Shown one piece after another: positions 28,653 to 36,619 of a DNA stretch of 45,979 nt. The notes under the pieces are model-generated. The model was given only the letters and a program-made list of their open reading frames with translations. It had not been told where the DNA came from and did not search any database. The stretch is taken from NCBI GenBank assembly GCA_038901675.1, contig JBCKPM010000001.1, positions 1 to 45,979 of the forward strand. The letters are read 5' to 3'. The stretch's first letter is position 1, and each line of letters opens with the position of its first letter. The position numbers were made by a program, and so were the translations under genes. The DNA is from Usitatibacteraceae bacterium. Its GTDB lineage: Bacteria; Pseudomonadota; Gammaproteobacteria; Burkholderiales; Usitatibacteraceae.

Positions 28653-29501
28653 TCACTTCGCCAAATGTATCGAGCCCATCTCATCCGCACGTTTCAACAC
28701 CGAGCCGCCGGAGGTCATCACTTCCAGAATCGCCGCAGTCTCCGCGTCGGGCGTACCGTCAAATGCGCTTTGCCGATATTTCAATTGAAACGCGCCGAGC
28801 ATGGCGCGCGTCGCCATGTCGAGCTCGCCGTTTTGCAGTGGCGAAAATCCATGTGCCTCGAGTTTTTGCTGAAACCACAACACGTTTGGCAACGTCGTTT
28901 CGTAATACGCTCTTTTCTCAGCAACCAATTTTGCGTCCGGCCACGGAATCAGCCCTTCGTCGGCCAAGCGCTTCCACGGAAAGCGCGGACCGGGGTCGGT
29001 CTTGCGCAACGGCGCGATGTCGCTGTGCCCAAGAATGCGTTCGGGCAGGATCCTGTGCTTCTTCACAATTTGTTTCACCAGCGCAATCACCAAATCGATT
29101 TGCGCTTTCGGAAAATCAAAAAATTCACGCCTATTGGGGCCGTCGCGATAGCCGATGTTGACGATCTCGATGCCAATCGATGCGGCATTGAGTTGCGTCT
29201 GGCCTTTCCATGAGCTGAGGCCCGCGTGATAGGCGCGGCGCGTGTCGTCGACCAACTGAAAAATCTTTGGCCCGTAATGTCCCGGCAAGTCGTTTGCATC
29301 GTCGGTCACCAAATAGTGGCTGCTGACCGCATCCTGAGTCAGCACGCGAAGTGATTTTGGATTGTCGATGGCGGTGTAGTGCAGTATCAGAAACTGTGCG
29401 CGGCTGTCCTGACTGACGGATGTGTAGGTGCGATCAATGTAGAGGGTTGAACAACCGCTGAGTGCGATTGCAATCAGCATCGCCAGAATGATTCTTGTCA
29501 T
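28653..29501 (-). CDS. amiD: N-acetylmuramoyl-L-alanine amidase, AmiD/AmpD (amidase_2) family lipoprotein with a C-terminal PG-binding domain
   Basis: Lipobox MTRIILAMLIAIALSGCS, amidase_2 core (LILHYTA..SSHYLV..AYHAG.S.W..LN..SIGIEI) and a C-terminal PGRP-like repeat. I chose the ATG at comp(29499..29501), preceded by AGGAAA. Confidence 0.85.
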   Translation of the reverse strand: MTRIILAMLIAIALSGCSTLYIDRTYTSVSQDSRAQFLILHYTAIDNPKSLRVLTQDAVSSHYLVTDDANDLPGHYGPKIFQLVDDTRRAYHAGLSSWKGQTQLNAASIGIEIVNIGYRDGPNRREFFDFPKAQIDLVIALVKQIVKKHRILPERILGHSDIAPLRKTDPGPRFPWKRLADEGLIPWPDAKLVAEKRAYYETTLPNVLWFQQKLEAHGFSPLQNGELDMATRAMLGAFQLKYRQSAFDGTPDAETAAILEVMTSGGSVLKRADEMGSIHLAK

Positions 29502-29581
29502 CGCCGTTTCCTTGTAGCGTGCGCCGCGCGCACTGTTTGGATTGCATCCTGTTGTCAAAAAACTGGCGCGCACGATTCGCC

Positions 29582-30499
29582 CTACGTCGCCGCTCGTGCC
29601 GCGATGCGCGATGCCGCAATGTGCGCTTCCGCGACGCGAACACTCAATTGTGCCTCCGCTGGCAGGTGCCCGCGCAAGTTTGATTCGATCAATGGATGCA
29701 TGGCCGCCACGCCGCCGGCCAGCGCCAGTGGTCGCAGCCCGAAGCGCTGAATGAGCGCATTACCCAAGCGGGCGAGCTCAATGCCGGCCTGGCAAATGAT
29801 GTGTCGGGCAACCGGGTCGGTGTCGGCGGTCGCGGCAACCGCAGTGGCGACCTGGCCAATTTCACCGCGTTCGCTCGCGTAAAAAAACTGTCTTGAATAC
29901 GACCAGTCGCTGCCACCGATGCGTTCAAATATTGCGCCTGCCATCGGTGACGCCTGCCATTGCCCAGGTTGTTCGTCTTCCAGTCGCCAGATGTGCCGCA
30001 ACGCCTCACGCACAATCCAGAAGCCGCCGCCCGCGTCATCCAGATAAACGCCGCGCCCACCTGCACGATGCAACGTGTCGGCGTCGTCAATGTAGGCCGC
30101 AATCGAACCGGTGCCGGCATAAATGACATAACCTTTGCCCGGACGGAACAAATCGCGGTAGGCTATTTCGATATCGCTATGCACGGTGACGGCTGCACTG
30201 GTGATGCCAAACGGCGCGGCAATGGCGGCGCACAATTGCTCGTCACGGGTATCGAGACCAGTGATGCCCGCACAAACACGCTGCGGCGCGCCAACCGCAA
30301 GCACTTGCGCCGCCAACTCGGCCATGGTGTGCTGAATGTGCGCACGTCCGTCGCCGGTGCCGAGTTGCAGGGCCGTCATGCCGGCCACAAATCCATCAGC
30401 GACCAAGCTACCATCCGCGCGCGACAGTGCCCAGCGGGTCTTGGTGCCGCCCGCGTCGAGGCCCAAACCGAGCGCAGACCTTTGCATCACTTCTGCCAC
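29582..30499 (-). CDS. BadF/BadG/BcrA/BcrD-type ATPase, N-acetyl-amino-sugar kinase (NagK-II / MurK-like)
   Basis: GLDAGGTKTR phosphate-1 motif, GTGS and an ASKHA-fold layout. Operon context with murQ. Confidence 0.7.
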   Translation of the reverse strand: MAEVMQRSALGLGLDAGGTKTRWALSRADGSLVADGFVAGMTALQLGTGDGRAHIQHTMAELAAQVLAVGAPQRVCAGITGLDTRDEQLCAAIAAPFGITSAAVTVHSDIEIAYRDLFRPGKGYVIYAGTGSIAAYIDDADTLHRAGGRGVYLDDAGGGFWIVREALRHIWRLEDEQPGQWQASPMAGAIFERIGGSDWSYSRQFFYASERGEIGQVATAVAATADTDPVARHIICQAGIELARLGNALIQRFGLRPLALAGGVAAMHPLIESNLRGHLPAEAQLSVRVAEAHIAASRIAARAAT

Positions 30500-32307
30500 G
30501 GCGACCCCGACGCATTCGCTAGTTGCTGGCGCGAAATGGATACGCGCGGACCTTCGTTGCCGATTCGGTCGACGAATGAAACGACGACGCGATTCGGTAG
30601 TCCAGCCATTTCATCGAACACCACTTCGGCTCTTCCCGTGTCACTAACCGGCAGCACGGCAAAGCGCCACACGCCGTCAGTCAGGGACCACATTGCAACG
30701 CGCGACACGGCACCATTTTGCGTCGAGGTCAGTGTCAGCAGGACTTTGTGCGGGCGCAGCGCATCGCGTGCGATCACGAACTGCGGCGCGATTGGCGAGG
30801 TGTTGCCTAGGAGCCTGTCGGACTTGGGAATCGTCGGCTGCAAATCGATCGCAGCGATCCATTTTTCACCGTGCCCCATAGCTGGGCTATGGGGCTGCAA
30901 ATCCGCCAAAAACTGGCCGCACTGGAGTCGATTTTCGCTTTCGACGCCCCAAGCCCGACAGGCTCCTAGCCACGGAGACGCTGGCACCAGTGCTGGTGCC
31001 TGATACAACTTTTCTGCCAGTTGGCTGTTGATGCCTTTACGATTTTGCGATAGCGCGACCATGCTGAAGTGTACGTGTCCGCTCACTAAGCGGTCAGCAG
31101 CACCTTTGCTACGTGTGAGCACAATCTGTTTGACGATCTCATCGGGTTGCCACGTTTTCGGCGTGTCGTTAATGCGGCTGGTAAACATGCCCGGCCACAG
31201 ATGCCGCTGCGCCGTATTTTGTGCCGCCCAATAATCGAGCAGCACACCATAAGCCTGAGGCGCCTGATCAATCGGCCAGTAGAGTTGCGGCGTGAAGTAA
31301 TCGAGCCAACCTTTTTGCAGCCACAGCTCGGCATCGGCATACAGTTTGTCGTATTGGCTAAAGCCTGCAATACCGGCAGGGCGCAAGCTCGGCTTGCCGA
31401 TGCCGAATGGACTGATGCCAAATTTCACATGCAGCTTTTCGCGCTTGATGCCTACGTAAATTTTTTCGATCAACTGATTCACGTTTTGACGACGCCAGTC
31501 GCCGCGTTCCAGCTTGCCGCCTGAGACAACATACGCTTGCCAAGCGGGCTCATCCGGAAACGGCAACTCCGCGCGCGGCTGCGGCGTACCGTCCGGCGAG
31601 GCGAGCGGCGGCTCGCTGCCCGGTACGGGTACCGGATACGGGTAAAAATAATCGTCGATATGCACACCGTCGATGTCATAACGGCGCACCACATCCAGAA
31701 TGACGTTCAGCGTGTGAGCGGACGCCGCTGCCTCGCCCGGATCCATCCACAAGTAGCCACCGTAAGACTTCACGGCGCGTGGCTGGGTGTTGGAGATGTG
31801 ACTCTTTGCGGTCGGCGACCTCGCCTGCGTGTGACGCGCGCGGTACGGATTGAACCACGCATGCAACTCAATGCCGTGCCGATGCGCTTCATCGACCCAC
31901 ATTTTCAGCGGGTCGTAGTAAGGGTCTGGTGCCTTGCCCTGCTCGCCCGTTAAATACTCGGACCACGGTTCGAGCGCTGAATCGTAGAGGGCGTCAGCGC
32001 TGGTTCTGACTTGCAGCACGATGGCGTTCATGTTGAGTTCGCGCACGCGCTCAACCGTGGCGATAATCTCGGCTTGTTGTTGCGCGACGGTCAGATCGCG
32101 TCTGCTCGGCCAGTCGATGTTCGCCACACTGGCTACCCACACGGCGCGAAATTCGCGCGGCGCGGCAGGTGCATCATTGGGCAGCCGTTCCGTCTTCGTT
32201 CCGGTGTCGGCGCACGCGCCCAACAGCAAGACGACGCAACACAGCGCACTGTGCAGCAGGGTGCGAGTCAAACCTTGATAAACCATTTTTTCTTCCACAT
32301 GAGCCAT
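30487..32307 (-). CDS. glycoside-hydrolase-like family 10 (GHL10/DUF187, YngK-like) lipoprotein, interrupted in frame by a MITE
   Basis: Lipobox VLLLGACAD, then FRAVWVASV.NIDWP..NAIVLQVR...DALY.S.LEPWS..L.G..G..P..DPL...V.EAH..GIELHAWFNP, typical of GHL10. The C-terminal region contains the 53-codon insertion. Confidence 0.75.
   Translation of the reverse strand: MAHVEEKMVYQGLTRTLLHSALCCVVLLLGACADTGTKTERLPNDAPAAPREFRAVWVASVANIDWPSRRDLTVAQQQAEIIATVERVRELNMNAIVLQVRTSADALYDSALEPWSEYLTGEQGKAPDPYYDPLKMWVDEAHRHGIELHAWFNPYRARHTQARSPTAKSHISNTQPRAVKSYGGYLWMDPGEAAASAHTLNVILDVVRRYDIDGVHIDDYFYPYPVPVPGSEPPLASPDGTPQPRAELPFPDEPAWQAYVVSGGKLERGDWRRQNVNQLIEKIYVGIKREKLHVKFGISPFGIGKPSLRPAGIAGFSQYDKLYADAELWLQKGWLDYFTPQLYWPIDQAPQAYGVLLDYWAAQNTAQRHLWPGMFTSRINDTPKTWQPDEIVKQIVLTRSKGAADRLVSGHVHFSMVALSQNRKGINSQLAEKLYQAPALVPASPWLGACRAWGVESENRLQCGQFLADLQPHSPAMGHGEKWIAAIDLQPTIPKSDRLLGNTSPIAPQFVIARDALRPHKVLLTLTSTQNGAVSRVAMWSLTDGVWRFAVLPVSDTGRAEVVFDEMAGLPNRVVVSFVDRIGNEGPRVSISRQQLANASGSPWQK
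30807..30969 (-). mobile_element. MITE family 2, copy A (CTAG-flanked), inside the GHL10 coding sequence
   Basis: CTAGGAGCCTGTCGG..CCGACAGGCTCCTAG termini, near-identical to 39702-39865 in the opposite orientation. The net insertion, counting CTAG once, is 159 bp = 53 codons with no stop in the host frame. Confidence 0.85.
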
Positions 32308-33449
32308 GCGATGCCGAGCATGACAAGATTGAACAGCACCGCAAACAGCAGAGACTGATTGACGGGCGACAGCGCCGAGGCTTTGATCGGCGCATACAGC
32401 AGCGCTTTGAGCGACATCAAGTTGCCATCGTCAGCCGAGAATTTGATGAAGCCGAGCATCTTGGCCAACAGCCCTGAGAAGGCAAAAATGAACAGCGCAT
32501 TCATGCCATAGATGGTGAACGGCAGCAGCCATTGGCGCGACCGCTCGCGCAGTGTTGCTGTGTCGGTGCCGTCAATCAACCAATAAAAACACGCGAACAC
32601 GAGTAAGCCCCAGCCGGTCATGAATATCGCGTACGACGTCGACCAGAGATTCTTGTTGATCGGCATCACAGTCGCGTCGAACATTGCGCCCAGCCACAGG
32701 CAGGCGAGGCCGACAATCATCATCCAAACGGTTTTTTCTGCGCGGCTGAAATCAGCCGCCAGCCAATGGCCGAGCAACACGCCGAACAGCATGCTGGTCA
32801 GTGCAGGTATCGTGCTGAACAGCCCCTCCGGATCCCACGTCTTGGATTTCACCCACAGGTGGCCACTGAGGAACATGCGATCAATGTGCGCACCAAGGTC
32901 GCGTCCCGGCTCGAGCACACCGGCAGCGACACTGCCGTTCAGGTCAGGTACGGGCACCAGCAACATGGCTGCCGTGTAGAACAACAACAGTCCCACAATC
33001 CACGCACACTGCGCTCGCCAGTCGAAATACAGCACGATGGGCGCCGCGAGCGCGGTGCAAAGCGCAATGCGCTGCAACACGCCCGGAATACGCAGTGTGT
33101 CCAGATTGAAGTCGGGAATGCCATTGAGCGCAAGCCCAATCAGGAAAATAATGCCTGCGCGTTTCCACAGCGAGATCATCAATGGCAACCGGTCGTCGGC
33201 CACGCCGCCTTGGGTTGCGCGGCGGTTGGTTAACGAAAAAGTCATCGACACGCCGCAAATGAACAGGAAAAACGGAAACACCCAATCGGTGAATGTCCAG
33301 CCGTTCCACTCGGCGTGTGCGAGTTGCGGGTAGAGATTGCCCCAGTCGCCCGGATTGTTGACCAGCACCATCGCGGCGATGGTGAAGCCGCGAAATGCGT
33401 CGAGCGAAATGAGACGCGAATTTGTCATCTGCATCGCAAAACAGAACAC
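32268..33449 (-). CDS. polytopic membrane protein of the heparan-alpha-glucosaminide N-acetyltransferase-like (DUF1624/DUF5009) family
   Basis: RLISLDAFRGFTIAAMVLVNNPG.W..YPQL.HAEWNGWTFTDWVFPFFLF..G followed by about 10 hydrophobic segments. Confidence 0.7.
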   Translation of the reverse strand: MFCFAMQMTNSRLISLDAFRGFTIAAMVLVNNPGDWGNLYPQLAHAEWNGWTFTDWVFPFFLFICGVSMTFSLTNRRATQGGVADDRLPLMISLWKRAGIIFLIGLALNGIPDFNLDTLRIPGVLQRIALCTALAAPIVLYFDWRAQCAWIVGLLLFYTAAMLLVPVPDLNGSVAAGVLEPGRDLGAHIDRMFLSGHLWVKSKTWDPEGLFSTIPALTSMLFGVLLGHWLAADFSRAEKTVWMMIVGLACLWLGAMFDATVMPINKNLWSTSYAIFMTGWGLLVFACFYWLIDGTDTATLRERSRQWLLPFTIYGMNALFIFAFSGLLAKMLGFIKFSADDGNLMSLKALLYAPIKASALSPVNQSLLFAVLFNLVMLGIAWLMWKKKWFIKV

Positions 33450-33500
33450 AAGTAAGGACGCGCACCTTGAAGCATTTTTGCTCCAAACTGCCCGTCAACA

Positions 33501-34811
33501 CTAGACTTTCGCATCGACCGGCTTCTTGCCAAATGCCGGATCAATCTTCAAAAATCCGGCCACGACAACTGAAGGTAGCGTGCAGACACAAATCCAGATA
33601 AAGAAGTGCTGATAGCCGAGTTGCGTTTGAATCCAACCGCTGGCCATGCCGGGCAACATCATGCCGAGCGCCATGAAGCCGGTGCATATCGCATAGTGCG
33701 CGGTCTTGTTCGCACCGTCTGCCACCATGATCATGAACAGCAGATAGGCCGCGAAGCCAAAGCCATAACCGAATTGTTCGATGACGATGGCGGCCGTGAT
33801 GATGATGTGGCTACTCGGCTGCGTGTAGGCGAGAAATACAAACGCGAGATTGGGAATGTGCACCGCAAACAACATCGGCCACAGCCATTTTTTCAAGCCA
33901 CCACGGGAGATCGAGACGCCGCCCAAGATGCCGCCGATGGTCAGCGCGAGCACGCCATAAGTGCCGTAAACAAGTCCAACATCTTTGGTCGTCAAGCCCA
34001 ATCCGCCAATCGCGGCAGGGTCCAACAGAAATGGCGCAAACATCTTTAGCGCCTGCGCCTCGCCAAGTCGGAAGGTCAACAAAAACGCGAGAATCAACCA
34101 GATGTCCCGACGCGCAAAAAACGACTTGAAGGTCACCAAAAAATCGGTGAGCACATTACCGCTTCCCCTGACCGTGACATCACTAGAGGGTGTCGGCAAG
34201 GCGAACTTGTGATAGACGCCCAACAGCACGAACATCGCGGCCAACACCCAGAATACGATTGACCAAGCCATCACAACGTCGCCGGTGCTCTCGGTCAGTC
34301 TGCCCGCCAAGTAGACCAGCCCGCCCTGCCCGACGATCATGGCGATACGATAGAAGGTGGATCGCACACCGACATATGCAGCCTGCTGGTGCTGCTTGAG
34401 TGCCAGCATGTAAAAGCCATCGGCGGCAATATCGTGCGTGGCGGAGCTAAATGCCATCAACCACAACACGGCTAGCGTGATCTGAAAGAAGTGTGAGGTC
34501 GGAATCGTCAGCGCCACCATCGCCAGCGACGCGCCAATCACAAATTGCAGCGTGACAATCCACCAGCGCTTGGTGCGAAACAAATCGACAATCGGCGACC
34601 AGAGCGGCTTGATCACCCACGGCAGATATAACCAGCTAGTGTACAGAGCGATGTCGGTATTCGATACGCCGAGGTTTTTGTACATGATGACCGATAACAT
34701 CATCACCACCACGTAAGGAATGCCCTGTCCAAAATAGAGCGTTGGAATCCAGCGCCACGGCGTTTTTGCCACAGTCTCACCGGGCACTGCGGCGATCGTC
34801 GAGTTAGTCAT
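33501..34811 (-). CDS. ampG: AmpG-family muropeptide MFS permease
   Basis: 436 aa. The N-terminus PWRWIPTLYFGQGIPYVVV.. and the 12-14 TM MFS layout are typical of AmpG. Confidence 0.8.
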   Translation of the reverse strand: MTNSTIAAVPGETVAKTPWRWIPTLYFGQGIPYVVVMMLSVIMYKNLGVSNTDIALYTSWLYLPWVIKPLWSPIVDLFRTKRWWIVTLQFVIGASLAMVALTIPTSHFFQITLAVLWLMAFSSATHDIAADGFYMLALKQHQQAAYVGVRSTFYRIAMIVGQGGLVYLAGRLTESTGDVVMAWSIVFWVLAAMFVLLGVYHKFALPTPSSDVTVRGSGNVLTDFLVTFKSFFARRDIWLILAFLLTFRLGEAQALKMFAPFLLDPAAIGGLGLTTKDVGLVYGTYGVLALTIGGILGGVSISRGGLKKWLWPMLFAVHIPNLAFVFLAYTQPSSHIIITAAIVIEQFGYGFGFAAYLLFMIMVADGANKTAHYAICTGFMALGMMLPGMASGWIQTQLGYQHFFIWICVCTLPSVVVAGFLKIDPAFGKKPVDAKV

Positions 34812-34844
34812 CCGGTCAGACTTTCAATGCAATTGTGGACATGA

Positions 34845-35726
34845 TCAGCGCGTGAGAGCCTGACGTACGCTGCCGTTAGATTGTTCGAGCAATGCCGCCG
34901 CATCGGCGACAGAAATCTTTTTCTGGATCGAAACGATGGCGGTTTTGACATGATGCCCGCACGCCTGAAGTGTGTCGCATGCCAGCGCCTCGTCGCATCC
35001 GGTCGCAAGCACTGTCAAGCGCACAGCGCGCAACATCAGCTTTTGGTTAGTGGGCTTCACATCAACCATCAAGTTACCGTACACCTTGTTGAGTTTGACC
35101 ATCAGCGCGCTGGAAAACGTGTTGAGCGTAATCTTCTGTGCGGTGCCGGCCTTCAGACGTGTGCTGCCGGAAATCAATTCGCTGCCGGTGTCGAGGGTGA
35201 TGCCGATCTCGGCCGCCTCAGTCACGGGTGCGGCCGGGTTGTTGGCGATGCCGATGGTGAGTGCACCGCGACGACGTGCTTCGTCAATGGCACCCAGCGC
35301 GTAGGGCGTCGTGCCGGAAGCCGCCAGTACCAGCACCACGTCGTTGGTGCCCACGTCTAGGCGCGCAATGTCCGCTATGCCGAGGTCGCGGTTGTCTTCA
35401 GCACCTTCGACGGCTTGATAGAGCGCGTCCGCGCCACCGGCGAGCAAGGCCACCGCACGATCATGCGGCCACGAAAATGTCGGATACAACTCGACGCAGT
35501 CGAGCAATCCTAAGCGCCCCGATGTGCCGGCACCGGCATAAACAAGCCGTCCACCGGCCTCGATGCGCGGGACCGCGGCCTGCACCGCCCGCGCGATGTC
35601 ACCACTTGCCGCTTTCACCGCATTGACCGCATCGGCCTGGTCGTCAACAAACACATCGACCAGTTGGTCGATAGGATACAAATCGAGGTCAGGATGCGCG
35701 GCGTTGGGCGTTTCGGTTTTCAGCAT
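34845..35726 (-). CDS. murQ: N-acetylmuramic acid 6-phosphate etherase
   Basis: 293 aa with a SIS fold and GAGTSGRLG, GIANN and STRLKAGTAQK motifs. Confidence 0.9.
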   Translation of the reverse strand: MLKTETPNAAHPDLDLYPIDQLVDVFVDDQADAVNAVKAASGDIARAVQAAVPRIEAGGRLVYAGAGTSGRLGLLDCVELYPTFSWPHDRAVALLAGGADALYQAVEGAEDNRDLGIADIARLDVGTNDVVLVLAASGTTPYALGAIDEARRRGALTIGIANNPAAPVTEAAEIGITLDTGSELISGSTRLKAGTAQKITLNTFSSALMVKLNKVYGNLMVDVKPTNQKLMLRAVRLTVLATGCDEALACDTLQACGHHVKTAIVSIQKKISVADAAALLEQSNGSVRQALTR

Positions 35727-35764
35727 GGGGTTGATCCGCGGTGAACGCAGCCGTCAATCAGTTG

Positions 35765-35782
35765 AATACCAATAGAATACCA
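35765..35782 (-). promoter_or_regulatory. NagQ-type operator candidate: TGGTATT-CTAT-TGGTATT (perfect direct repeat)
   Basis: Read on the minus strand, 39 nt upstream of the murQ start codon. Confidence 0.7.
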
Positions 35783-35918
35783 GCCAGCCGCAATCCTAGG
35801 CGAGCCTCGATCAGCGCAGGTGATGCTAGTGCGGACGTGCGCGACCGGGGGTTCACGACCACCGCCAACACGGCCGCCGTCACCTCCATCACCGAATCTC
35901 CGCCTTATTTGCCAATTG

Positions 35919-35959
35919 CGGACATTACTGCTTTGGAGAAACCGGACATTACTGCTTTG
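35919..35959 (+). repeat. 17-nt direct repeat CGGACATTACTGCTTTG x2 (period 24)
   Basis: Read directly. It lies in the roughly 890-bp non-coding gap between murQ and the second TonB receptor. Confidence 0.7.
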
Positions 35960-36372
35960 CGCTAACAGCCACAGCGCCGTAGATACTGTTGAGCGCAGCG
36001 AAGCCCAACAATCACCGTCTACACCCAACGGGAGCATGTTGGGCAGATGAACCCTGCCCAACCTACGAGATACTGAATGTATTTTCGAATGAGCTGAAAA
36101 ATTTCTACGGCGGACACGTGACCTCGCCCATGTTTGCGCCCTCGGCGGACATCGGCCGCACCGTGTTTTTCGTCGATGGCCATTTTCAGGAGGTCGAGTT
36201 GATCGTAGATCGTCGCGACGACATGCAGCGCCAACGTTCGCCTAACAGCCGACGAGTCGCAGCCTCCCCTCGGCGCGCGACGCGGCGTTTTCCTGATGGG
36301 CAACTCTAAAGACTGATCGTTGTAATCGCACCACGATTGGTGCGGCGCAGCAGAACTATGCTTAGACAGAAT

Positions 36373-36390
36373 TGGTAGCGAAGTGGTATT
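36373..36390 (+). promoter_or_regulatory. NagQ-type operator candidate: TGGTAGC-GAAG-TGGTATT
   Basis: Same architecture as the other three sites. It is upstream of the second TonB receptor but separated from it by MITE copy 5. Confidence 0.6.
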
Positions 36391-36423
36391 GTTTTTTATG
36401 TTGGCGAGACTCGCTCTGTATGA

Positions 36424-36564
36424 GGGCACCTCTAAAAATTTAATCAAGCCGATGATGGCAAGGCGCAAAGTCGCGAAAAAGCGCCGTGTACACGTAGTAC
36501 ATGAGCATTTTGAGCGGCTTTGCAACGCCGCCAGCGCGGCTTCAGTGAATTTTTAGAGGTGCCC
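36424..36564 (-). mobile_element. MITE family 1, copy 5 (141 bp, inverted relative to copies 1, 3 and 4)
   Basis: GGGCACCTCTAAAAATTTAATCAAGCC ... GTGAATTTTTAGAGGTGCCC with a perfect ATGA/ATGA duplication (36420-36423 and 36565-36568). Confidence 0.9.
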
Positions 36565-36619
36565 ATGAAGCAGGCGGTCAATTGTCCGCTTTGCAAACCC
36601 TACCCCAGGAGACCAGCGC

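Noticed and set aside
29960-31003. 347-aa plus-strand ORF
   Set aside because: It is antisense to the BadF-type kinase and GHL10 genes, Arg/Ala-rich and without motifs.
35989-36525. 106-aa (+) and 168-aa (-) ORFs in the murQ / TonB-receptor gap
   Set aside because: Neither has an SD or a recognisable domain, and they overlap each other and the MITE. I kept only the note that part of the plus frame looks like gene debris.
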